Positions 27,101-41,110 of a stretch of DNA of 64,000 nt are shown here, in pieces. The stretch lies in assembly GCA_951406725.2 (NCBI GenBank), contig OX597833.1, positions 620,001 to 684,000 of the forward strand, written 5' to 3'. The stretch's first letter is position 1. The number at the start of each line of letters is the position of its first letter. This DNA comes from Octopus vulgaris (lineage: Eukaryota). Position numbers and translations under genes: made by a program. A model generated the notes under the pieces. It worked only from the letters and a program-made list of their open reading frames with translations, was not told the origin of the DNA and made no database searches.

Positions 27101-27654
27101 TCATGTGCGTGTGTGTTTGTGTGTCTGTGTTTGTCCTCCCAACATCGTTTGACAACCGATGCTGGTGTGTTTATGTCCCTGTCACTTGGGGGTTCGGCAA
27201 AAGAGACCGATAGAATAAGTACTGGGCTTACAAAAGAATAATAAGTCCCAGGGTCGAGTTGCTCGATTAAAAAGGTGGTGCTCCAGCATGGCCGCAGTCA
27301 AATGACTGAAACGAGTAAAAGAGAGTAAAAGAGAGAGAGTAACAGTAGTTCGATTGATCGAACCACAGAATACTGATAGAAGTCCGTTTATATATTTTAC
27401 CGCTTTCTACCTGTTCTATTAACATAGTAAACGTTTACCGAGTTCCAGTCTGGTGTCATAATTTCTTTGGAATATCAAAGACCTTTGCCATCAACCAACC
27501 GCATACAGCAGCTTGTGTGGAGCAATCGTTTACTGCTCCCACCCTCCCGCCCGCCCTCCCTCGTACGCTCACACCTTCTCTCGGTACCAATGCTTTACGT
27601 CAAAAAAAAATCAATAATTATGTGTTCCATGCACCAACTACATAGACTAGAATC

Positions 27655-27687
<33 letters not shown>

Positions 27688-27947
27688 CATTATTATTATC
27701 TGTTCCCCCTCATCCTTCGCCCTGGTGGAAAATAAAAGAAATCGTAATTATTATTATTATTATTATTATCATCATCATCATCCTCATCATCATCATCCTC
27801 ATCATCATCATCATCATCATCACCACCACCATCATCGTCACCACCGCCATGATCATCATCATCATCATCACCATCATCATCATCACCACCATCATCATCA
27901 TCACCACCATCATCATCATCATCACCACCACCACCATCATCATCCTC

Positions 27948-27979
<32 letters not shown>

Positions 27980-28165
27980 CATCACCACGACTATCATCAT
28001 CCTTATCATCATCATCATCATCATCATCAACACCATCAACACCATCATCATCCTCATCATCATCATCACCACCATCCTCATCATCACCACCACCACCACC
28101 ATTATCACCATCATCATCATCATTATTGTTGTTCGTATTAATTATTATTATTATTATTATTATAA
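27655..28165. repeat. (TTA)n/(CAT)n/(CAC)n compound microsatellite
   Basis: Directly visible. Confidence 0.95.
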
Positions 28166-28195
28166 CAGTTATGACTACTATTATTGGCAGCAGTG

Positions 28196-28226
<31 letters not shown>

Positions 28227-28651
28227 AAGTAGCACCTGTTGTAGTAATGGTGGTGTTAGTAGTAGTGGTGGTAATAGATTCCTACCCTTCCTTTTATGGC
28301 ACATTTCAGATGTGATGCTTTTACCTATCTCCGAGTTCTCTGTAAAAGTGGAATATGCTTGTGTGAGTATGTCCTTACACACACACATATTTACACACAC
28401 ATATATAGACATATATGGTGTGTGTGTGTGTGTGTGTGTGTGATATTTCACTCTTTTTTCCTCTTTTACTTGTTTCAGTCATTTGACTGCGGCCATGCTG
28501 GAGCACCGCCTTTTAGTCGAGCAAATCGACCCCGGGACTTATCCTTTTGTAAGCCCAGTACTTATTCTATCGGTCTCTTTTTTGCCGAACCGCTAAGTGA
28601 CGGGGACGTAAACACACCAGCATCGGTTGTCAAGCAATGCTAGGGGGACAA

Positions 28652-28722
<71 letters not shown>

Positions 28723-28959
28723 TGCAACAGGCTTCTTTCAGTTTCCGTCTACCAAATCCACTCACAAGGCATTGGTCGGCCCAGGGCTATAGCAGAAGAC
28801 ACTTGCCTAAGATGCCACGCAGTGGGACTGAACCCGGAACCATGTGGTTGGTTAGCAAGCTACTTACCACACAGCCACTCCTGCGCCTATTTGTCTATGT
28901 TCTAGGAAGAGCATTCTGCTATAGAATCCATGCCAAAACTGGAATGCATGAGTGAGATC

Positions 28960-29330
28960 CTCATCATCATCATTATTCGACCGTGGTCTCGAGACAATGG
29001 AATTTACCAGGCTACACCAGACTTCACGGTCCATCATAGCATTACGGAGGTCCTGTTGCTGGATGCCTGTATCCCTGGAGATTACATCAGGGTAGGAGAG
29101 TGTGCGCCCTCTGGTATCGCGAGTAGATGGCTTCCAGAGGAGAAGAGTAGAAATTACCTCTTTTCAGCTCTACAACAATGTCCAGCAAACTGGACTCTCC
29201 TACCTTTCACAAGAGATGACACAGGTGGTAGTTTCCCAATAAATTTGCATTTTGGTTGGATGACGCTTCCACGAGAGATTTTGAGCTCTCATAAGGAGGC
29301 GAGTGTAGGTTCCATCCAACCGCCTCACAT
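28960..29330 (-). mobile_element. Distinct RTE-like LINE 3' fragment
   Basis: Minus strand, with frameshifts: RRLDGTYTRLLMRAQNLSWKRHPTK...RRVQFAGHCCRA...LLLWKP...LSYPDVISRDTG...LRNAMMDREVW, then (GAT)n. Confidence 0.7.
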
Positions 29331-30340
29331 ATCTCACATGTCCATATCTCACTCATGTGAGATATGGACAGTGACCCATGGAAAGGAGGGCAGAAAGTAG
29401 GAATAAAAGCAGAATGACCTATCCAGTTGATGTTAGCTTGGTTAACAGAGATAAATATGATGCCAGTATACATTTATTTACATCATCAGCATCATCGTTT
29501 AATGTCTGCCTTCCTTGCTGGCATAGGTAGGATGGTTTCATAAGAGTTGGCCAGGCAGAAGCCTGCACCAGACTTCTGTGACTGTTTTGGCAGGATTTTT
29601 GCAGCTGGATGCCCTTCCGAACACCAACCACTCGTCAGAGTGGACTTAGTGCTTTTTATGCAGCACAAGCACAGGTGAGATCAGTTTTGGCAAGGTTTTT
29701 ACAGCTGGATGCCCTTCCGAACACCAACCACTTTACAGTGTGGACTGGGTGCTTTTAAGTGGCACCTGCACTGACACGGTCACCTAGTATTTGCAAGATA
29801 AAACCTTTCAAGAGGGGATGGGGCATTGGAGGAGGTGATCTTGTGTTGGATGATGCAAAGGTTATAGTGAGACAGATACAGATGTCTTGCTGTAGAGGAA
29901 GTACAAGGTTATCTGGCCGGAGAGAGAAAGGTCAGGAATGAAGACAAAAAGAAGTGTACATATGTATGTACATGCGTTTTGAAAAATATATATACATACA
30001 TATGTACATAGACACACACAAACGCATAGTGAATTCTCTTGTTGGCTTTGATGTCTGTGTGTCTAATAGCCAATAGTATGATGGTAATTTAAGGCAGTGA
30101 GCTGGCAGAATCATTAGCACAACAGACAAAATACTTTGCAGTACTTTGTCTGTCTGCATGTTGTGAGTTCAAATTCTTCCTAGGCCAACTTTGCCTTTCG
30201 TCCTTTCGGGATTGATAAATTAAGTACCAGTGAAACACTGGGGTCGATGTAATTGACTTACCCCCTGCCCCAAAATTTCAGGCCTTGTGCCTTTTGTAGA
30301 AATTATTATTATTATTATTGTTGTTATTATTATCATTATC

Positions 30341-30885
30341 GAGTGAGAGAGCAGTGCATGCCATCAAAGTGACACTGGAGTAAAATATACGAAGCCCAGT
30401 ATACCCATCATGACTACCCATCTGATAAGGGTACACCAGGCACATGCATCACAACCATATGTGCACGACATGGTGATCTCATATCAAGATAAACAGCACA
30501 TGACCTTGCAAGTGGGGCCCAGTTAGAATTTTCTTCAGGTTGAGTAACCCATCCCGCTCAAAAGGTCCCTGAATAAGGGTTATTTAAGGATGTTGAATGA
30601 AACATCCATGTTTCCAAAGGTGAATTATCCAAACCTCTAAGAATTCCTTTCAACACACGGCTATGATGCTCCCCCACTACTTCTGCTCCTGATCAGAGAT
30701 GCACATATCGTCAGCCACTAAGGGACATGATCAACTGGTTACGGTCAAACAACTGACAAGCAGGTCTTTGGTATTGAGCAGAATATTTTCTGTAGCCCAT
30801 CTTTTATACCAAGACAAAACAATGTACATGATAACACTTCCAATCAGTTAAGATCAGCAACCATGAGAGCCACAGCTTGGTATTG

Positions 30886-30887
<2 letters not shown>
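30341..30887 (-). mobile_element. Dispersed repeat inserted in (TTA)n; second copy at ~35345-35810
   Basis: Both copies begin GAGTGAGAGAGCAGT.CATGCCATCAAAGTGACACTGGAG, are highly similar and are flanked by (TTA)n. Confidence 0.7.
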
Positions 30888-30925
<38 letters not shown>

Positions 30926-32470
30926 GATATTGTTTATAAGGCGGTGAGCTGGTAGAAATGTTGGCATGCCGGGCTAAATGCTTTGCAAGTTCAAATTCCG
31001 CCCAAGTTGACTTTGTAAGTCAAAATTCCATAAATACTATCTGTTATTCTGTGTTGACTCGAATGGGAAAAAAGAAGGACTTCAGTTTGAACAATTTTCC
31101 TGACGTTTCGTATTTAGATGCTTTTATTAAATTCATTCAGTTTTTAAACATAAGTAAATCTTGGAATTAAATAGTTTTGATTTACTGTCAACTGACTTTT
31201 TGCCAACCCCATGTATATATGTATGTGTGTGTGTGTATAATTTATATATATATGTATGTGTGTGTGAATATGTATACATACATATATATGTATGTATGTA
31301 TATATGTATATATGTATATATATGTATATATATATATGTATATATATGTATATATATGTATATATATGTATATATATATATGTATATATATGTGTATATA
31401 TATATGTATATATATATGTATATATATATATGTATATATATGTATATATATATATGTATATATATATATGTATATATATATATGTATATATATATATGTA
31501 TATATATGTATATATATGTATATATATATGTATATATATGTATATATATATATGTATATATATGTATATATATATATGTATATATATGTATATATATATG
31601 TATATATATGTATATATGTATATATATGTATATATATATATGTATATATATGTATGTATATATGTATATATATATATATATATATACATATAATGTTCCA
31701 GATTCTGTTGGTGCTATATGATACCAATAATAACAAAAACAACAATAACAATGATGATGGTGATGATGATGATGTCTACCGGCATCGTTTCCAGTGCTGC
31801 TTTATTTTTTCGCAGTGAGCGTTTCCGGTTGCTCTTCCGCTCTCATCTACCTATATTGCACTAATGGAGTTTCCTTCAACATCTTTTTTTTTTGCCTTCT
31901 TGTATCATTATTATTGTTATTATTATTATTATTATTGGTAGTAGTAGTTGTTGTTGTTGTTGTCTTCACATGCTCACTAAATTCTATTACATTGCTGAAA
32001 GCTCGAGAATTCTTGCTGCGATTCATTCAGAATTGCATTTATTTATTTATCTGTGTGTGTGTTTTTAATCTCGGTTCTGCTGGGGTGAGGGAGGAGGCTG
32101 GGTGGGTGGGGTCGCAAGGTTGGTGGTCGAGAGATGGAGGATCACGATAAAGATTTTTATTCTGTTGTATGTTTTTTTTTTAAAGGTTTTGTCATTTTTT
32201 TTTTGCAGCCATAGATTGGTTTAGATTTCCCCCCACCTCCTAACTGCTCATTATTGTTATTACTATTATTATCATCATCATCATTTTAAAAATTATTATT
32301 ATTATTGTTATTATTATTATTATTATTAATATTGTTATTAAAATTATTATTATTATTAATATCATCCTAATTAGTAGTAGTATAGTTATTATCATCATTT
32401 AAAAAAATTATTATTGTTATCATTACTATTATCATTATTATTATTATTAATACCATCATCATAATTATTG

Positions 32471-32503
<33 letters not shown>

Positions 32504-33109
32504 GTTAGTTTCATCATCATCATTATTGTTTATTATCATCATTATTATTATTAATAGTAGTAGTGGTATTATTATTATCATCATCATCATTATTGTTTTT
32601 TAATTATTGTTATTAATATTATCCTCATTATTATTGTTGTTATTATTATTATTATTATCATTATTATTATTATTATTATCATCATTATTTATATTATTAT
32701 TATTATTATTATCATTGACACGTAAAAAGCACCATCCGTTCGTGGCCGTTGCCACCCTCGCCTGGCCCCCATGGCGGTGGCACGTAAAAAGCACCATCCG
32801 TTTGTGGCCGTTGCCAGCGCCGCCCCGACTGGCTTCCGTGCCGGTGGCATGTAAAAAGCACCCACTACACTCATGGAGTGGTTGGTGTTAGGAAGGGCAT
32901 CCAGCCGTAGAAACACTGCCAGATCAGACTGGATCTGGTGCAGCCTTCTGGCTTCCCAGACCCCAGTTGAACCGTCCAACCCATGCTAGCATGGAAAGCG
33001 GACGCTAAATGATGATGATGATATTATTATTATTTATATTATTATCATTTATATCATTATTAATTATTATTATTATTATCATTATTATTATTTATATTAT
33101 TATTATCAT

Positions 33110-33141
<32 letters not shown>

Positions 33142-33480
33142 TTCCCTCGGCATCAAAGAAGTCTCATAAAAAAAAGCTGCTCTCTATTGAACGGTGCCGT
33201 GCGTTCGTTAGTGTTTTATGACACTGTTTACTCCTTTTAATTAAAACGTTCCTAATTACCGTACTGACTAGTAATTGCAACATTGATGCTGGCTTCTCCT
33301 CTGTTGCCTTTGTTGTTGACATTGTTGTTGAGGTTGTGGTTTTTCTTTTTCTCGTTATTTCATTTTTATTTATTTTTACTTCAGGTCTTTTTTGTAATTT
33401 TTTTTTTTGGTGTTTTTATTTGTTGTTCCCCCCCCCCACTTGTGATTGCTTCTCGGTGCATCCTCAATGCATGGAGTGTT

Positions 33481-33820
33481 TGGTGGTGGTATTGGTGGTG
33501 GTGGTGGTGGTGGTGGTATTGGTGGTGGTGGTGGTAGTGGTGGTAGTGGTGGTGGTGGTGGTGGTGGTGGTGGTGGTGGTGGTGGTAGTGGTGGTGGTGG
33601 TGGTAGTGGTGGTATTGGTGGTGGTGGTAGTGGTGGTGGTGGTGGTGGTGGTAGTGGTGGTGGTGGTAGTGGTGGTGGTGGTGGTGGTGGTGGTGGTGGT
33701 AGTGGTGGTAGTGGTGGTGGTGGTAGTGGTGGTGGTGGTATTGGTGGTGGTGGTGGTGGTATTGGTGGCAGTGGTGGTGGTATTGGTGGTGGTGGTGGCG
33801 GTGGTGGTATGGTGGTAGTG
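33481..33820. repeat. (GGT)n tract. A related compound tract with a three-fold repeated cassette lies at 36290-36840
   Basis: Directly visible; GGTATGAAGACAATTG(T/A)AGTGATGATTGTTGTTATTG occurs three times in the second tract. Confidence 0.9.
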
Positions 33821-35226
33821 GGATGTTGGGGGAGCTTAAGGAAGAAATGGAAGTCAAAGAATTGGAAATTTCCTTTACCCCCTTCTCCTCCTCATCCTCA
33901 TCATTATCGTCATTGTCTTCGTCATAACATCATCATCATCATCACCATCATCTTTCCTTTCCTTTCCTTTCTTTCATTGGACACTAAACTCTGTTTGCGA
34001 AGACCTGTTGAGGCAAGTGAAATCAAAATCAAGATCTGGCATCTGTGCTAGTGGCGCACTAAGAGCACCATCCGAGCGTGACGGTTGCCAGAGCAGCTAA
34101 CTGGCTTCCGTGCCGGTGGCATGTAAAAAGCACCATTCGAGCGGATCGTTACCAGCGTCGCCCTACTGTCACTTGTGCCAGTGGCACGTGAAAAAAAAAC
34201 ATTCAAGCAAAGTCGTTGCCAGTGCCACTGGACTGGCTCCTGTGCTGGTGGCATGTAAAGAACACCGTTTGAGCGTGGCCGTTGCCAGTACCGGCTGACT
34301 GGCCCTCGTGCCGGTGGCATGTAAAAGCACCCACGACACTCTCGGAGTGGTTGGCGTTTGGAAGGGAATCCAGCTGTAGAAACTCTGCCAGATCAGATTG
34401 GAGTCTGGGGCAACCATCTGGTCCGCCAGTCCTCAGTCAATCCATCCAACCCATGCTAGCATGGAAAGCGGACGTTAAATGACGATGATGATGATGATGA
34501 TGATGATCTTCATCATGAATTTAGTCATCATCACCATCAGTATCATCATCATCGTTGTCATCATCATCATCATCATAACATTGTTGTTGCCTTCTTCATC
34601 ATAACATCATCATCATCATCATAAATATCATGTCATTAGTATCATCATATCAGAATCTTCATTCTCGTTTCTGTTATTAATTAATTAATTAATTAATTAA
34701 TTGTATGATCATTGGTGGCTGGGAATAGCAACAAGTTGGTTAAGCTGATAAGGGTCACTGGGATAAACTTTGCCCTTAATCCTTCCAATATTGATAGAAT
34801 AAGCCCCGGGGCTGGGGCCAGAACTGGGTTGGGGCCTGATATAATCATCAATGCCAATGATTGATGGCAGTAAAAGAATAAGAAAACAAAAAAAGAAAAA
34901 AGTGATGTTTTCCTAGGGGATACATGCCATGCCCCAGGGGGGCATTAAGAGACATGAAGGGGTTGTAAGCAATATTATTGTTCTTTTACTTGTTTCAGTC
35001 ATTAGACTGTGGCCATGCTGGGGCACTACCTTGGAGAATTTTTATCAAAGGAATTGACCCCAGCACTTTGTAATTTTTTCAAAGCTTGATACTTTATCGA
35101 ACTCTTTGCCCAACTGCTAAGTCACATTGGTGTAAACACGCCAACTCCAGTTCTATATTTAAGAGATGAGGAATTATGTACGTCATTTACATTTGATGGA
35201 TATTTGCCCTCATCTTGTTTGTTGTT

Positions 35227-35272
35227 AACACAACGTTTCGGCTGATATACCCTCCAGCCTTCTTCAGGTGTC
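35227..35272 (-). ncRNA. Minimal type I hammerhead ribozyme motif (Penelope-like)
   Basis: Minus strand: GACAC-CTGAAGA-a-GGCTG-gagggtatat-CAGCC-GAAA-CG-TT|GTGTT; palindromic ACGU in place of stem III. Confidence 0.7.
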
Positions 35273-35806
35273 TTGGGGAAATTTCAAACCTGGGTTCTCA
35301 TTCATAAGGTATTTTTCAATGTTGTTGTTATTATTATTATTATTGAGTGAGAGAGCAGTTCATGCCATCAAAGTGACACTGGAGTACAAATATACGAAGC
35401 CCAGTATACCCATCATGACTACCCGTCTGATAAGGGGACACCAAGCACATGCATCACAACCATATGTGCACAACACGGTGATCTCATATCAAGATAAACA
35501 GCGCATGACCTTGCAGGTGGGGCCCAGTTAGAATTTTCTTCTGGTTGAGTAGCCCATCCCGCTCAAAAGGTTCTTGAATAAGAGTTGTTTAAGGATGTTG
35601 AACGAAACACCTATGTTTCCAGAGGTGAATTATTCAAACCCCAAAGAATTCCTCTCAACACATGGCTATGATACTCCCCCACTACTTCTGCTCGTGATCA
35701 GAGATGCACATATCGTCAGCCACTAAGGGACATGCTCAACTGGTTACGGTCAAACAACTGACAAGCAAATCTGTGGTATTGAGCAGAATATTTGCTGTAG
35801 CCCATC

Positions 35807-35847
<41 letters not shown>

Positions 35848-36970
35848 GAAACTGCTGTGATCTGGCAAAATTGTTGGAGTGTGAGGCAAAAAATGCCCTG
35901 TGTTATTTTCTTCCGTCTCCTTATATTTCAGGGTTCATTGACTGCCAACGTCAACCCCCAGGCCCACCTCAGGTGCATCATAAGGTCCTCGAGCAAACCA
36001 CTGCATTGTGCTGGTGGTGGTGGTGGTGTTCTAGTATTTATTATCAGCCCACTGTCACCTCAGGACCACTCCCTTCACCACATGCTGCACTAACGCTCAG
36101 CTACTGCTCAGCATTACCCTCTACCACTCTATACTGCTACCCACACCTGTTGCCCTGACACTCCATTTCATACTGCTACCTCGGGTTTAATCAATCCAAT
36201 TACATTTCTGAAAAATCGGTTTTTGATGTTATTAAGAGAGGGGGGTGGAGAGGTGGCGGTGGCAGCGGCAGCAGTAGATGGTGGGGACGGGGCTGGTGGT
36301 GGTGGTGGTGGTGGTGGTGGTTGTTGCTGTGGAGGTGGTGGCTGTGGTGGTGTTGGTGGTTGCAGCAGCAGTGGTGGCAGTGGTAGTGTTGACGATGGTG
36401 GTGGTGGTGGTGGTATGAAGACAATTGTAGTGATGATTGTTGTTATTGTAGTAGTAGTGGTGGTGGTGGTGGTTGTTGCTGTGGAGGTGGTGGTGGTAGT
36501 GGTAGTGCTGGTGGTGGTGGTGATGGTGGTTGTTGCTGTGGAGGTGGTTGTGGTAGTGCTGGTGGTGGTGGTGGTAGTGGTGGTATGAAGACAATTGTAG
36601 TGATGATTGTTGTTATTGTAGTAGCAGTGGTGGTGGTAGTGCTGGTTGTGGTGGTTGTGGTATGAAGACAATTGAAGTGATGATTGTTGTTATTGTTGTA
36701 GTAGTAGTAGTAGTGGTGGTGGTGGTGGTAAATTATTGTCGCCCTTCTGATGATGGTGGTTGTAATTGTGTTGTTGTTGTTGGTGAAGATGGTGATGATG
36801 ATGATGATGATGATGATTGTGGTGATGGTGGTGGTGGTGGCTGCTGTTGATGCTCCTAGCACTTTATTATCTGGCTTTCTCTTTCTCTTTCGTCTTCTTT
36901 GTTTCTTTTGTTCTTTCTTTCATCATCATCATCACCATCATCGAACAACGATTCTTTTATTGATTACTTG

Positions 36971-37008
<38 letters not shown>

Positions 37009-37167
37009 ACATGTCTTATTATTTTTATTTTTAATGTTTTCCGTCCTCTTTACTTCTGTTAGGAAAAAAAAAAAGGTGTGTGTTTTTGTGCCTAAGATGA
37101 ATGATTGTATGTACATGTATGTGTGTGTATGTATGTACACACACACACACTCACTCACATATATATT

Positions 37168-37272
37168 TATGCATACATACCTGTATGTGAATGCATACAT
37201 ACCTGTATATATAAATATATATGTAAACATGCATACATACCTGTATATATTTATATATATATAAATGTGCTT

Positions 37273-37319
<47 letters not shown>

Positions 37320-37725
37320 TACATACCTGTATGTTTATATATTTATATATATAAACATGCATACATACTTGTATGTTTATATAAATATATATGTAAACAT
37401 GCATACATACCTGTATATAAACATGCATGCATACATGCCTGTATATATATAAATGTATATATAGATGTAAACATGCATTCATACCTGTATATATAAATAT
37501 ATATATATAAACGTGCATACATACCTGTATATATATAAATATATATATATATATGTAAACATGCATACATACCTGTATATATAAATACATATAAACGTGC
37601 ATACATACATGCCTGTATATATATAAATATATATATGTAAACATGCATACACACCTGTATATATAAATATATATATGTAAACATGCATACACACCTGTAT
37701 ATATAAATATATATATATACATATA
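37168..37725. repeat. TA-derived minisatellite (AAACATGCATACATACCTGTATATATAAATATATAT-like units)
   Basis: More than ten degenerate copies visible. Confidence 0.85.
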
Positions 37726-37726
37726 A

Positions 37727-37787
<61 letters not shown>

Positions 37788-39518
37788 GTATGCCACACAT
37801 CCATCTTGATATTTAGCTAATAATATTAGATGGTGTGTTCTTTCTTTCTTTAGATATTCATAAAAGATATTGCCTTTAGACAGCAGCAGCACACACGGAT
37901 GAGACACATCATGGGCTTGTGTGTGTGTACTTACACACACACACACACACATGTACACACACACACACACACAGAAGCTCATGATAATCAAATTTGCTCA
38001 CACACGTGAACGCTCATTCATAGGCGAATGTGTTGGTAGTCCTGATTCCCGCACAGTCCGTACGGCTGATTGTTATTGTCAGATTACATTTCAATCGGTA
38101 TCACAATTCCTCTCACTCAAAGAATCCTGACTACCGAAATGCAGACAGCCACATATTATCCATTGTCTAGTTAATTACATTTCTTACACTAATTACTTCT
38201 TCTCAATTAATTCTTTTTCATCATCATCATCATTGTTTAACATCCGTTCTCCATGCTGGCATAGGTTGGATGGTCCGACTGGGGTCTGGGAAGCTAGGAG
38301 GTTGCACCAGGCTCCAATCTGATCTGGCAGTGTTTATACAGCTGGATGCCCTTCCTAATGCCAAACGCTCCGAGAGTGTGATCAGTGCTTTTCATGTGCC
38401 ACTGGCACAGGGGTCAGCGAGGGCTGGCATCGACCGCGTTTGGATGGTACTTTTTACATGCCACTGGCACAGGAACCATTCAAGGTGGCACTGGCATCAG
38501 CCACATTCGGATGGTACTTTTTACATGCCACCAGCACAGGAGCCAGTCAAGGTGGCGCTGGCATTGGCCACGTTCAGATGGTACTTTTTACATGCCACCT
38601 GTACAGGAACCAGTCAGGGCGAGGGAGCCAGCATTAACCACGTTCACATGGTCCTTTTTACGTGCCACTGACACAGGGACCACAACTACAACTTCCATCT
38701 GATTGTAGTTTGATTTGATTTTGATGTCCTTGACTCAGTTGGTCTCCTCAAGCACGACATGTTGCTCTACGATCCAGAGGTACTTTTTTAAGTAGGTTGG
38801 TTATGCGACACTGGTGTAGGCTACAGCTGTGATCTCACTTTATTTTGCAGGTCTTCTCTGTCACAGCATATCTCCAGAGGTCTTAGTCTTTCGTCATTGC
38901 CTCTGTGAGGCCCTCGGGACCAAACTGCTAGAGTGCTTCTTATTTAGTTGTGTTGCTTTAGATTCTGAGTTCAAATCCAACCATGGACCACTTTGCAGTC
39001 CAGTCCTTTTCCTGGGTCAATAATATATATAATGTATAGGAGTAGGTTGTGGTTTTGTTGGTAAGAAATTAGTTTCCCAACCACATGGTTCTAGGTTCAG
39101 TCCTACTGTGTGGCATCTTGTGCGACATTATTTTACTATAGCCTCGGGCTGACCAAAGCCTTGTGAGTGGGTTTGGTAGATGGAAACTGAAAGAAGCTCA
39201 TGTGTGTGTGATTGTGTTTGTGTGTGTGTGATTGTGTTTGTGTGTGTGTGATTGTGTTTGTGTGTGTGTGTGTGTCCTGGTCCTGATATTGTGTGATAGG
39301 TGTGAAAATGAATGATTGTCACTCTCATACAGGCAGTTGTATACATTTCGAGTATTCTCTGAGATCATGTCTGGCAGATTGTTCGGCAAGAATTGAACAC
39401 TTATATGTCGTCTTGGACTGGCGAGTCCATCCTTTATTTATAATTCGAGAAATGGCAAAGTGTAAAACATTATGCTGTCATCTTTGAAATAGTATCCCTA
39501 TGCCTAAACAAAATCATA

Positions 39519-39553
<35 letters not shown>

Positions 39554-39618
39554 CTCTTTGTCTTGAAATTGTGGCAGTGTTAAGTGCCACCGTTTTTTAA
39601 GTGCTATTATATGTTCTT

Positions 39619-40400
39619 AGGCGGTGGAAGCTGGCAGAATCGTTAGGACGCCGGGCGAAATGCTTTGCAGTATTTTGTCTGCCGCTACGTTCTGAGTTCA
39701 AATTCCGCCGTAGTCGACTTTGCCTTTCATCCTTTCGGGGTCGATTAAACAAGTACCAGTTACGCACTGGGGTCGATATAATCGACTTAATCCGTTTGTC
39801 TGTCCTTGTTTGTCCTCTCTGTGTTTAGCCCTTTGCGGGTAGTAAAGAAATAGGTATTTCGTCTGTCGTTACGTTCTGAGTTCAAATTCTGCCGAGGTCG
39901 ACTTTGCCTTTCATCCTTTCGGGTCGATTAAACAAGTACCAGTTGCATACTGGGTCGATCTAATCGACTTAATCCGTTTGTCTGTCCTTGTTTGTCCTCT
40001 CTGTGTTTAGCCCTTTGCGGGTAGTAAAGAAATAGGTATTTCGTCTGTCGTTACGTTCTGAGTTCAAATTCTGCCGAGGTCGACTTTGCCTTTCATCCTT
40101 TCGGGGTCGATTAAATAAGTACCAGTTGCATACTGGGTCGATCTAATCGACTTAATCCGTTTGTCTGTCCTTGTTTGTCCTCTCTGTGTTTAGCCCTTTG
40201 TGGGTAGTAAAGAAATAGGTATTTCGTCTGTCGTTACGTTCTGAGTTCAAATTCTGCCAAGGTCGACTTTGCCTTTCATCCTTTCGGGGTCGTTTAAACA
40301 AGTACCAGTTGCATACTGGGTCGATCTAATCGACTTAATCCGTTTGTCTGTCCTTGTTTGTCCTCTCTGTGTTTAGCCCCTTGTGGGTAGTATAGAAATA
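39619..40400 (+). mobile_element. SINE family B with its body repeated four times in tandem (~183 bp period)
   Basis: Head GGCGG..AGCTGGCAGAA, B-box-like GAGTTCAAATTCC, block GTCGACTTTGCCTTTCATCCTTTCGGGGTCGAT. Units start at 39670, 39854, 40036 and 40219. Other copies at ~1636-1975, 23303-23540, 30090-30300, 51502-51755, 53715-54082(-). Confidence 0.85.
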
Positions 40401-41051
40401 ATTATATGTTCCTAGTCTTCTGTGAAAACCTGTCCAGTCACGGGGAAATATTACCTGGCTTCAAAGCCACTTCAAAGTGCTGCCCAGCAGGATTGAACCC
40501 CAGACCTCATGGATGGAAAGCAAGCTTCTTACTCATGTAACCACACACATGCAGTGACATCGTGGCGCTTCATCATGGACTGAATGCTTCCTTTTGTTTA
40601 ATTAAAACCTAATTGAGTTTTTTTTTTTTCAATTAAAAGCTCATTAGTCTTGTGTCTTTTTTAATGAAAGGCCAAATTAATTAACAGATGATCATATGAT
40701 TGGATGGCTTCTGTCTCTTACACTCGCTTAGAAATACACATCCGTATGTACATTCTTGTACAATGGTACTAAATTGAACCAACTCACTTCTACGTCCCAT
40801 ACACATCATAATATGTGTGTGGGTGTGACTGTTTTGAGAGAATACTCTTTACTCTCTTACTTGTTTCAGTCATTTGACTGCGGCCATGCTGGAGCACCGC
40901 CTTTAATCGAACAACTCGACCCTGGGACTTATTCTTTTGTAAGCCCAGTGCTTATTCTATCGGTCTCTTTTGCCGAACCGCTAAGTGACGGGGACGTAAA
41001 CACACCAGCATCGGTTGTCAAGCAATGCTAGGGGGGACAAACACACACACA

Positions 41052-41110
<59 letters not shown>

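Noticed and set aside
27467-28451. His-rich and Asp-rich ORFs
   Set aside because: These are (CAT)n microsatellite translations with no domain content.
33446-34051. Gly-rich ORF resembling a structural protein
   Set aside because: It is a translation of a (GGT)n microsatellite with several frames open, no ATG-led signal peptide and no codon variety.
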